A stretch of 24,000 nucleotides of DNA from Lachnospiraceae bacterium (GTDB lineage: Bacteria; Bacillota; Clostridia; Lachnospirales; Lachnospiraceae). The stretch covers positions 116,238 to 140,237 of the forward strand of contig JAKSHY010000002.1 of the NCBI GenBank assembly GCA_024399135.1. Direction: 5' to 3'. The translations under genes and the position numbers were made by a program. The first letter of the stretch is position 1. Each line of letters begins with the position of its first letter. Positions 7,654 through 14,790 of this stretch are shown one piece after another. Below the pieces are notes generated by a model, which saw only the letters and a program-made list of their open reading frames with translations, did no database searches and was not told where the DNA came from.

Positions 7654-8790
7654 CTAACCAAAATATTTTTGCATTAATGAATCAAATAATAACTGTGTCT
7701 CGTCCAATGCCTTCTGCACTACAACTTTTGATTTGTCGACTTGTTTGACAAAATCTGCGAACTGCACTTGTTCGTTCACTGGAACTAGCGGAACTGGTAA
7801 TTCCTTCAACTTATTTAAAGGCAATTGTTTTAGTGTTGACTGATTCGTTGAACCAAACATAAAACGCTGTGCCTCTTCTGTAGTCAAATAATGACTAATA
7901 AATAATCTATCCGCCTTATTTTTATCAATTCTTATTACTGCTAAATTTCTAGTAACATTCATTCCTTTGCATCTTTCATCGCTAAGCATAACCTGCCCTG
8001 GTTGTCCAATAACCTGAACTAGAATTTCATCACCAATTAACCTTGTTTTTTTATACTTACACTCTATATCTGATGCAACCCTGTAAACATTATCTAAGTT
8101 TAAGCTTCCGTTCTTGAAATCAGAAGGTCTTACCATGGGAATACCATCTTCAACATTATCACCTGGTACAACTATTCCGTATGATAATCCAGCACCTTCT
8201 TGAATCAATTCAATAAGTTGCTTTTTCTCATATTCCTGACTTCCAAACAGCTCGACAAATCGGGCTTTGATGAGGTCATCCACAGTCTCTAGTTCTTTTT
8301 TTCGTAAATCAATAATAGATTTTACTTTTTCTATCGAATCAACAATATTGCTTTGTTCTTCCAACACTGGGAATCTAATCAGCATTGATAAAAAATCCGC
8401 ATCCGGTATACTTCTTCGTCTAGCAGTTGTTCCTCGTAATTTTGACTTATAATATTCAATACTTCTCGGAGATCTTAATGCATATTCTAAATATTTAGGA
8501 ATAACCTTGTCTGTATCCACATCCCATATTTTATATGCTGGACTGACAATTCCTTCATCTGCCAATTCCTGAACCGCAAGAACCCCCTCATCGATAGGAA
8601 AGCTCTCCACCAATTGATGTCTAGAAACAACCTGATATGATGACTGATCAACAGATGCTATTTGTTTTTTGAATCTGTCATCTTGGAACATCAATCCTTC
8701 ATGCATAGTCATTGAAAGAACAGAATATTTTTCATTCCCACACTTTTTTACTTTTGCCTTTTTTATAAGTTTTCCAACTTCTATTTCCAT
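7654..8790 (-). CDS. hsdS: Type I restriction-modification specificity subunit with two target-recognition domains
   Basis: The layout is typical of HsdS. The central conserved helix is LRKKELETVDDLIKARFVELFG and the C-terminal conserved helix is VVQKALDETQLLFDSLMQKYFG. The gene lies between hsdM and hsdR. Confidence 0.9.
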   Translation of the reverse strand: MEIEVGKLIKKAKVKKCGNEKYSVLSMTMHEGLMFQDDRFKKQIASVDQSSYQVVSRHQLVESFPIDEGVLAVQELADEGIVSPAYKIWDVDTDKVIPKYLEYALRSPRSIEYYKSKLRGTTARRRSIPDADFLSMLIRFPVLEEQSNIVDSIEKVKSIIDLRKKELETVDDLIKARFVELFGSQEYEKKQLIELIQEGAGLSYGIVVPGDNVEDGIPMVRPSDFKNGSLNLDNVYRVASDIECKYKKTRLIGDEILVQVIGQPGQVMLSDERCKGMNVTRNLAVIRIDKNKADRLFISHYLTTEEAQRFMFGSTNQSTLKQLPLNKLKELPVPLVPVNEQVQFADFVKQVDKSKVVVQKALDETQLLFDSLMQKYFG

Positions 8791-8834
8791 CTACATCATC
8801 CCTACAAATCCGAATTTAGGACTTGCCCTTTCCT

Positions 8835-10055
8835 TTAAAAGTATTCCGCCAACTTTACTTGTCCTGCCTCATAACTAATCACCAAATTTATACAAGCAAA
8901 AGTCTTAAATGACTTCATTTCAAATAGATCCTCACTTTTCTTCACAAGAAGATTTCTATTATTTTTATCATCAGATAACTTTATCAAATATTTTTTTATG
9001 TTTGTTTTATTTAGACCTTTTATTGGTTTAGGCAAATATCCGTCTATGTACGCATTTACCTGACTGGACGAAAAATCACTTTTCTCGTAATTACATAATG
9101 CATAAAGGACATGATTCAAACCATTTGACTCAGATATATTATCATTGTAGAGTCCACGAATAACCGAATATTCTGCTGCCAATCTTGTTTTCACCCAACC
9201 TTCTTGAGCTTTTATAAATATTTCATCGTTCATTAAAATCTTATCGCTTTCATTGTCGTAATAAGATATAGCAAGGCAATAGCACATTTCATTAACACTC
9301 TGTGGAATACCAGCAGTGCATTTAAGCACATAATTAGATAGATCATCAATCATAGGAACCGTAAAACCACATTCTCTAAACTTTTTAGACACAAAGCTAT
9401 TACATTCTGTATCATTAAAACCTCTAACAGATATTGTTTGAATTCGGCTTGCTATTGTCTGATAATTGGGCATTTTCTCAAAATACTGCATTATACTATT
9501 TGTGGCTCCAATAGCCAAAAAACGAACATTATTTTTTATCATTAGCGGATCATCTGCCATCGTTATAATGCAACTCAAATCCTCTAACATTTTTTCATCG
9601 TTGATAATTGTTTCAAAATTATCTAGCACCACAAGTTGATTTTTATTATCTTGAAGAAACAGCTTAAAAAAATCATTACTTACTTCATATGTTCTACTAG
9701 CCTCAAGATTACCAGCTGCAATGCCTGCATTTATCCCTGCTTCTTTGGTTTCGATTCTTTCCACTAACACTTCTGAATATAATGCAGAAAAATATTGATA
9801 GAACCCACCTTTCATTTTTACATCAGACAAATTGACAAATTTATATTTTCCTGCAACACTTTTCATAATATGAGTTGTTAGCCATGTCTTACCGCATCCA
9901 CTTTCTCCAGCAACAAATACATATTTATATCTATTTATCGCTCTTAAGAGTTCTTTTTCATAATATTCTCTTACTATGTAGCTTTTCTCATTAAATTCTT
10001 CCCTATTTCGAAAAATTGTATTTATTTTTTCTTCTGTTATACTCATTATCAACAA
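8835..10055 (-). CDS. P-loop NTPase (AAA+/ORC-Cdc6-like or AAA_22-like ATP-binding protein) inserted between hsdM and hsdS
   Basis: Walker A is VAGESGCGKTW and Walker B-like is QLVVLDNFE. A sensor-1-like FLAIGATN is followed by IASRI. The C-terminal roughly 150 aa could be a winged-helix or lid domain. The track start is TTG; an ATG at 10046 (MSITEEK) is the more likely start. Confidence 0.75.
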   Translation of the reverse strand: MLIMSITEEKINTIFRNREEFNEKSYIVREYYEKELLRAINRYKYVFVAGESGCGKTWLTTHIMKSVAGKYKFVNLSDVKMKGGFYQYFSALYSEVLVERIETKEAGINAGIAAGNLEASRTYEVSNDFFKLFLQDNKNQLVVLDNFETIINDEKMLEDLSCIITMADDPLMIKNNVRFLAIGATNSIMQYFEKMPNYQTIASRIQTISVRGFNDTECNSFVSKKFRECGFTVPMIDDLSNYVLKCTAGIPQSVNEMCYCLAISYYDNESDKILMNDEIFIKAQEGWVKTRLAAEYSVIRGLYNDNISESNGLNHVLYALCNYEKSDFSSSQVNAYIDGYLPKPIKGLNKTNIKKYLIKLSDDKNNRNLLVKKSEDLFEMKSFKTFACINLVISYEAGQVKLAEYF

Positions 10056-10069
10056 CCTGTCTTCTTTGA

Positions 10070-11575
10070 TTAATGTATTTTTATCAATTTCTCAAGTTCT
10101 TCCATTTCCTTGCCAATCTCCATCTCAATCTCACGGATGTTAGCCATAATTTCCGATGTAGGTGGGTACTCTACTGCCACATATTCCACCTCTTTATATT
10201 TATTGATGCTGAGATCATAATCATTGTCTTCTATTTCCTTCTTAGGCACCATGAACGACTTATCTGTACGCTTTCTGTCCTGTTCACCATCAAGATTCTT
10301 AAATCTCTGAATGATGTCAGGAATATCGTTGTCTGCCACTACTGAACGCTTATCATCTAAGCTAAATCCGTCTGCAGTCATATCATAGAACCATACATTA
10401 TCTGTTCCGCCATGCTCTGTCTTTGTAAATACAAGAATAGCGGTCGATACCCCGGCATATGGTTTAAATACACCAGAAGGCATTGAAATAACTGCCTCTA
10501 ATCTCTGATTCTCAACGATTTCTTTTCTAATTGCTTTGTGTGCAGTAGAAGAACCAAACAACACGCCATCAGGTACGATACATGCACATCTTCCACCTAT
10601 TCTTAACATACGCACAAACAATGCCAGAAACAGTAATTCTGTCTTCTTGGTACTGCAAACCTTAAGAAGATCTGCCGATACAATATCTGCATCCAAGCTT
10701 CCTTTGAATGGTGGATTTGCTAATATCAATGAATATTTATCCTTATCAGGATTCTGATCAGATAAGCTATCTCTATATTCAATAAAAGGACTTTCCACTC
10801 TATGATTCATCATATTCATAGCACCGATACGAAGCATGGTTCTATCCATATCAAAACCATGAAACATATGATTCATGAAATGGTCCTTCTTCTGTTTATC
10901 GTAGAAGATTTCTTCCTTCTTGTTATTCCACAGATATTCCCCAGCTTCCACAAGGAAACCAGCTGTACCACAAGATGGATCACAAATAATATCATCTGCT
11001 TTAGGATCCATCAGTTCTACCATCATCTTAATAATATGACGAGGCGTTCTAAACTGACCATTCACGCCTGCTGTAGCAAGCTTTGAAAGTAAATACTCAT
11101 ACACATCACCTCTGGCATCAGAATCATTTAACTTTGCCATCTGCGTGTAAAGTTCATCCATAGCATCTACAACCTTAGAAAGCATAAGCGGTGTAGGAAG
11201 CTTGAAGATAGCATCGTCCATATACTTTGAAAATGCACTGTCCTTACTGGCATGAAGATTCTTTATAAATGGGAATACCATTTCCTGCATAACAGAATAC
11301 ATTCTATCAGCGGGATAATCTCTAAACACTGACCACTTAAACTGTGTACCGTCGATAGTTCTTTCACCAATCTTTACTTCCTTGGCAAATACGCTCTCAT
11401 ATGGAAGACCAAGCATCGCGCTTTCCTTAGCGTGTGTATTATCTGATACATCTAGGTCATGGATAAACATAAGATATGTCATCTGCTCAATCACATCCAG
11501 TGGATTGGTAAGTCCACCAGTCCAGAAAATTTCCCATAAGCTATCAATTCTATTTTTCAATTCACCTGTTATCAT
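10070..11575 (-). CDS. hsdM: Type I restriction-modification N6-adenine DNA methyltransferase subunit
   Basis: HsdM_N-like N-terminus (ELKNRIDSLWEIFWTGGL...MTYLMFI). AdoMet motif ICDPSCGTAGFL. Catalytic motif LANPPFKGS. Confidence 0.95.
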   Translation of the reverse strand: MITGELKNRIDSLWEIFWTGGLTNPLDVIEQMTYLMFIHDLDVSDNTHAKESAMLGLPYESVFAKEVKIGERTIDGTQFKWSVFRDYPADRMYSVMQEMVFPFIKNLHASKDSAFSKYMDDAIFKLPTPLMLSKVVDAMDELYTQMAKLNDSDARGDVYEYLLSKLATAGVNGQFRTPRHIIKMMVELMDPKADDIICDPSCGTAGFLVEAGEYLWNNKKEEIFYDKQKKDHFMNHMFHGFDMDRTMLRIGAMNMMNHRVESPFIEYRDSLSDQNPDKDKYSLILANPPFKGSLDADIVSADLLKVCSTKKTELLFLALFVRMLRIGGRCACIVPDGVLFGSSTAHKAIRKEIVENQRLEAVISMPSGVFKPYAGVSTAILVFTKTEHGGTDNVWFYDMTADGFSLDDKRSVVADNDIPDIIQRFKNLDGEQDRKRTDKSFMVPKKEIEDNDYDLSINKYKEVEYVAVEYPPTSEIMANIREIEMEIGKEMEELEKLIKIH

Positions 11576-11578
11576 GAA

Positions 11579-12640
11579 TTAATCCTCCTTATCCCAATTC
11601 CATGTGTATTTAGTATATCTTCCGCCACCGATTTTTGTAATCTTTCCTTCTTTTACAAGTTCCGTCAGGGTTCTTTGTACTGTAGTCTGGCTAATCCCCG
11701 GTGTATTCTCCATAATCTCTGTCTTGGTTATGGTTCCAAGATGATTCTTTATCAATTCCTCTATCCTATCCGGCTTTGGAACCTTCTTTTCTTCTACTAC
11801 CTTTGCTCTGTCAAAGAATTCTCTATAGGCAGCTGTGATGATTCCAAGAACATATTTTACAAATGGTTCATAATCATTCTCATCTTCTATCCAGCCAGTA
11901 GAGCTTTCCTTCAACGCTTCGTAGTAGCTATCCTTTGTCTTTTCAATCAGCTTCTCCAAACTGATATATTTTCCAACGATATAATCATTCTGATATAGCA
12001 ATAATAATGTCAGTAATCTACTCATTCTGCCATTACCATCATTGAAAGGATGAATACATAAAAAATCGATAATGAACATTGGCATAATCAAGAGCGAATC
12101 CGCCTCACTTCTATTGATAGCCTCGTTGTAAGCAGCGCACAGATTAGTAATAGCTTCTGGTGTTTCCCATGCAGGTAATGGTCGGAATCTCACGAACTTA
12201 TTGCCTTGATTATCCTCTTCCTCAATTACATTATCTGCCGCCTTGAATTTTCCACCCTTTGCTGCATTTTCAAATCGATATAAATCTCTATGCAACTGCA
12301 AGATAAATGTATCTCTAACCGGAATATGCGGAAAGCTTTCATGAATCGTATTAAGCACATCTCTATATCCGGCAATCTCTCGCTCATTTCTGGTTCTTGG
12401 CATTGTCTTATCCAAAACAATCTTCTTTAATCGATCGTCTGATGTATAAATACCTTCAATTTTATTAGAACTCTCGGTACTCTGAATCTTGGCTACTTCA
12501 ACAAGACTCTCAAGAACATCCGCATGCTTTTCTGCAATTAAACGCTGCTCTCCTCTGTATTCATGAATCGTTGTAAGATAATTCACAATGTCCGGAGTTA
12601 ATAACTTTTTCCATTTTTCTGTATAATCAAAACTTCTCAT
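11579..12640 (-). CDS. Fic/DOC family protein (probable AMPylase) with an N-terminal inhibitory-helix motif and a C-terminal winged-HTH
   Basis: Fic motif HPFNDGNGRMSRLL. The [ST]xxxE[GN] inhibitory motif appears as SNKIEG. The C-terminal ISQTTVQRTLTELVKEGKITKIGGGRYTKY is HTH-like. GAGG lies 8 nt upstream of the ATG. The stop is 3 nt from the hsdM ATG, with AAGGAGGA inside the fic 3' end. Confidence 0.9.
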   Translation of the reverse strand: MRSFDYTEKWKKLLTPDIVNYLTTIHEYRGEQRLIAEKHADVLESLVEVAKIQSTESSNKIEGIYTSDDRLKKIVLDKTMPRTRNEREIAGYRDVLNTIHESFPHIPVRDTFILQLHRDLYRFENAAKGGKFKAADNVIEEEDNQGNKFVRFRPLPAWETPEAITNLCAAYNEAINRSEADSLLIMPMFIIDFLCIHPFNDGNGRMSRLLTLLLLYQNDYIVGKYISLEKLIEKTKDSYYEALKESSTGWIEDENDYEPFVKYVLGIITAAYREFFDRAKVVEEKKVPKPDRIEELIKNHLGTITKTEIMENTPGISQTTVQRTLTELVKEGKITKIGGGRYTKYTWNWDKED

Positions 12641-12660
12641 TTCAATTGCCTCATATAATT

Positions 12661-12765
12661 CTCAATTTCGTCATTTTATACATTTTGACTTAATTAGATT
12701 ATATACTTCAACTTCGTCAAATGTAAACATTATCTTCGTCATTTTTAACAATATGACGAAATTAA
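12661..12765 (-). promoter_or_regulatory. Putative promoter and operator region of the fic-hsd operon
   Basis: On the minus strand: -35 TTTACA (12727..12722), an 18-nt spacer, -10 TATAAT (12703..12698). There are four TTCGTCA boxes: 12667-12673, 12713-12719 and 12735-12741 on the plus strand, and 12754-12760 inverted. The last two form the palindrome TTCGTCAT-N10-ATGACGAA. One box overlaps a TTGACG -35-like hexamer. Confidence 0.5.
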
Positions 12766-12783
12766 ACAATTTTTTGATACAAT

Positions 12784-12831
12784 TAAAAACCGGAAACTAC
12801 CTATTTTCTTATTTTAGGCAATTTCCGGTTT
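12784..12831 (-). terminator. Intrinsic terminator insulating the fic-hsd operon from upstream transcription (partly bidirectional)
   Basis: AAACCGGAAA (12787-12796) pairs with TTTCCGGTTT (12822-12831), and CCTA (12800-12803) pairs with TAGG (12815-12818) across a 3x3 internal loop. A T5 run follows on the minus strand and a T3 run on the plus strand. Confidence 0.6.
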
Positions 12832-12832
12832 C

Positions 12833-12878
12833 GTTACTATAATATTTTCTTTATCGAGAGCAATCCTGTTACTATAAT
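12833..12878 (+). repeat. Direct duplication of the 11-mer GTTACTATAAT (12833-12843 and 12868-12878)
   Basis: Read directly from the sequence. Each copy contains a perfect TATAAT, but the -35 matches are weak (TAGGCA, TTTATC). Confidence 0.7.
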
Positions 12879-12891
12879 TACTTAAAATTCC

Positions 12892-12918
12892 CATCCTGAA
12901 AACTACGCCTTCAGGATG
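12892..12918 (-). terminator. 9-bp stem hairpin, possibly a terminator for the small minus-strand ORFs upstream
   Basis: CATCCTGAA (12892-12900) pairs with TTCAGGATG (12910-12918) around a 9-nt loop. On the minus strand it is followed by GGAATTTTAAG, a weak T tract. Confidence 0.35.
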
Positions 12919-13015
12919 TCACGGTACTCGTCAAATGCCCATTCATGCTAGCATGATGAGCGCTTTCCTCGTTACTCGCGCAAAATAGGTGTACAACAGG
13001 TGTATGAATCACATT

Positions 13016-13099
13016 TTATTCTCCACAAAGTCCTGATTTATAGGCTTTTCCGATAAAAGCACGGGATTTGCCATGGCATACAAATAAAACTCGTATCAT
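13016..13099 (-). pseudogene. 27-codon ORF whose start resembles the N-terminus of an LMW protein-tyrosine-phosphatase/ArsC-type protein; probable gene remnant
   Basis: AGGAG lies 6 nt upstream of the ATG. The peptide is MIRVLFVCHGKSRAFIGKAYKSGLCGE. The VLFVCxG start matches the P-loop strand, but the CX5R(S/T) motif is broken. I could not recognise a continuation in any frame. Confidence 0.3.
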
Positions 13100-13138
13100 A
13101 CTCAACTCCTTACAATGCCCGTAAATTTCAATTTCGTG

Positions 13139-13315
13139 CTACCATCGCTTTTCAAATGCTATTCTTGTATCCGTGCAAAATCCAATAATCGTCACAATAC
13201 CCATTACGCATTTTTCAAAAATAGTTCCCAAAAATTGCTGAACCACGCCTACTAAAGTAAGTGGCAGAGTAACAATAAAAAAAACAGAAAGAACAATTTC
13301 CCACTCCTTAATCAC
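13139..13315 (-). CDS. Possible 58-aa two-TM small membrane protein (just below the ORF track cut-off)
   Basis: The ORF runs GTG 13315..13313 to TAG 13141..13139: MIKEWEIVLSVFFIVTLPLTLVGVVQQFLGTIFEKCVMGIVTIIGFCTDTRIAFEKRW. There is no SD before the GTG. An AAGGAG inside the ORF could instead serve an ATT start, or an out-of-frame TTG giving a 14-aa hydrophobic peptide. It contains a T8 run (13277-13284). Confidence 0.3.
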   Translation of the reverse strand: MIKEWEIVLSVFFIVTLPLTLVGVVQQFLGTIFEKCVMGIVTIIGFCTDTRIAFEKRW

Positions 13316-13327
13316 TAATCAAAATTT

Positions 13328-13936
13328 TTACTCTTCATCAGGAGCCTGACCATCATGTGCCAGCCACTTGCATTCTGTTATTTCCATATTAGTGAATGTA
13401 GCTTTAAAAGAAGAATCTTCTGGGCTGCAAGCATAAATACCAAACTGAATTTCATCAGTAGCTTTATACATATGACATATTCTCATCTGCTTGAATTTAA
13501 TTCCGTCTTCTGAGCATTCGATGCAGTAATCATCCTTACGTCTGCTGAATCTATACCACATAGATTTAATATCAGCATCGATTTCAGTTGTGGCCCAATC
13601 TGAATATCCATTATTGGTAGCTACACTGCCAAGATGTTGAAATTCATCATTTTCATATTCAATAGAGCCCTTTAACCAGTTCTCGCTATCAAGATACATT
13701 ACAACACCACACTGATCAAATCGTACTTTGCTTTCAAATTCTGTCTTCACGACAAAAGAAAAGAACTTCTCACTTGTTGTCAGCTGCAAAACAGGGGCAT
13801 TATCATTCCTAAAATGATAATATGTACGCTGCCATAAATCTGTATGTGGATTTGTTGTTATCTCAATTTTATCTTCCGAAATAGAAAACTCTCTCGGTTC
13901 TCGTGTCCATTTCCACTGTTCTTTATCAATCTTCAT
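13328..13936 (-). CDS. DUF1349 family protein (concanavalin-A-like lectin/glucanase fold)
   Basis: The pattern WKWTREP...TTNPHTDLWQRTYY...DNAP...QCGVVMYLDSENWLK...E matches my recollection of DUF1349 (PF07081). Confidence 0.7.
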   Translation of the reverse strand: MKIDKEQWKWTREPREFSISEDKIEITTNPHTDLWQRTYYHFRNDNAPVLQLTTSEKFFSFVVKTEFESKVRFDQCGVVMYLDSENWLKGSIEYENDEFQHLGSVATNNGYSDWATTEIDADIKSMWYRFSRRKDDYCIECSEDGIKFKQMRICHMYKATDEIQFGIYACSPEDSSFKATFTNMEITECKWLAHDGQAPDEE

Positions 13937-13986
13937 TTTGCTTCCCCTCTTGTATAATATCTTTTAGATACCATTTTGATATTCCC

Positions 13987-14790
13987 CTATGATTCGTGTG
14001 GTCTTCCAAGCTTCATATCATCTGGTGTATCAAATGACTTTCTTGCAATCGTTTCCGTATATCTTCTGATTGTATCCTCTTTTTCCTCCATAGTCATAAA
14101 CTTAATTAAACTTGTCTGGTTAAAAAATACAACCTGAACCAGTCCTGCTCTTTTACTTGATCCTGCTATTGCAATATTGGATGCTTCCTTTTTCAAAGTA
14201 GGCATATTAACAATTTCATGGCCTGACTTTTCATATTCATCCATCAAATTGACAGGAGTACCTGCCATCTGGGATACTTCAAGCTTGTCTACATGAACCA
14301 TATCCAGCTTAGCAATTGAATTAACAACAATCACTATCTGTTCCCACCCAAGTGGTCTTGCATCAAGAAGGACATCATACATAAACCAGTTCCCAAGCTT
14401 TGTCATCTGAATCTTTTTTACATAGCTTAAGTCATCAATTTCGCCCTTTTGAACTGTCTTCTTAACATCAGCTTCACCTTCCACATTTTTTGAAAGCTTG
14501 ACATCGTCAATATTATTTTGTGGAATATACTCTGCCTCTTTAGAAATATAATCTTCCTCTTTAGGTATATCATTCGGAATTGAAGACATCTTCTTGGCTT
14601 TCTTGACGGACTTAATTCCCGAGTAAAATAGTATAACTCCAAGAATTCCCATAATGACCATTCTTATATTAAACATACCGTTTAACATGCTCATCGTAAT
14701 TGTAAATAGAATAATAAAACCGAGCATCATTTCTACAGCCCCAATCGTCATAATTGTGTCTTTACTTAGTTTGCTCTCTTTTTTATCCAT
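13987..14790 (-). CDS. Membrane-anchored hypothetical protein (2 N-terminal TM helices plus a soluble domain of about 190 aa)
   Basis: TM segments: IMTIGAVEMMLGFIILFTITMSML and MVIMGILGVILFYSGI. AAGGAG lies 9 nt upstream. The start overlaps the CPBP stop by 8 nt. Confidence 0.75.
   Translation of the reverse strand: MDKKESKLSKDTIMTIGAVEMMLGFIILFTITMSMLNGMFNIRMVIMGILGVILFYSGIKSVKKAKKMSSIPNDIPKEEDYISKEAEYIPQNNIDDVKLSKNVEGEADVKKTVQKGEIDDLSYVKKIQMTKLGNWFMYDVLLDARPLGWEQIVIVVNSIAKLDMVHVDKLEVSQMAGTPVNLMDEYEKSGHEIVNMPTLKKEASNIAIAGSSKRAGLVQVVFFNQTSLIKFMTMEEKEDTIRRYTETIARKSFDTPDDMKLGRPHES

Noticed and set aside
1201-12878. GTAACA-type motifs reading inward at both ends of the island (4 copies at 1201-1240, and the reverse complement of GTTACTATAAT x2 at 12833-12878; compare also cAGTAACAAACC with tAGTAACGAAACC) as possible terminal inverted repeats of an 11.6-kb transposon-like element
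   Set aside because: The shared core is only 5-6 nt in AT-rich DNA. Part of the right-hand similarity is the terminator stem. I saw no flanking target-site duplication, and the window encodes no transposase, integrase or recombinase. It is worth a genome-wide check, but this sequence alone does not support it.
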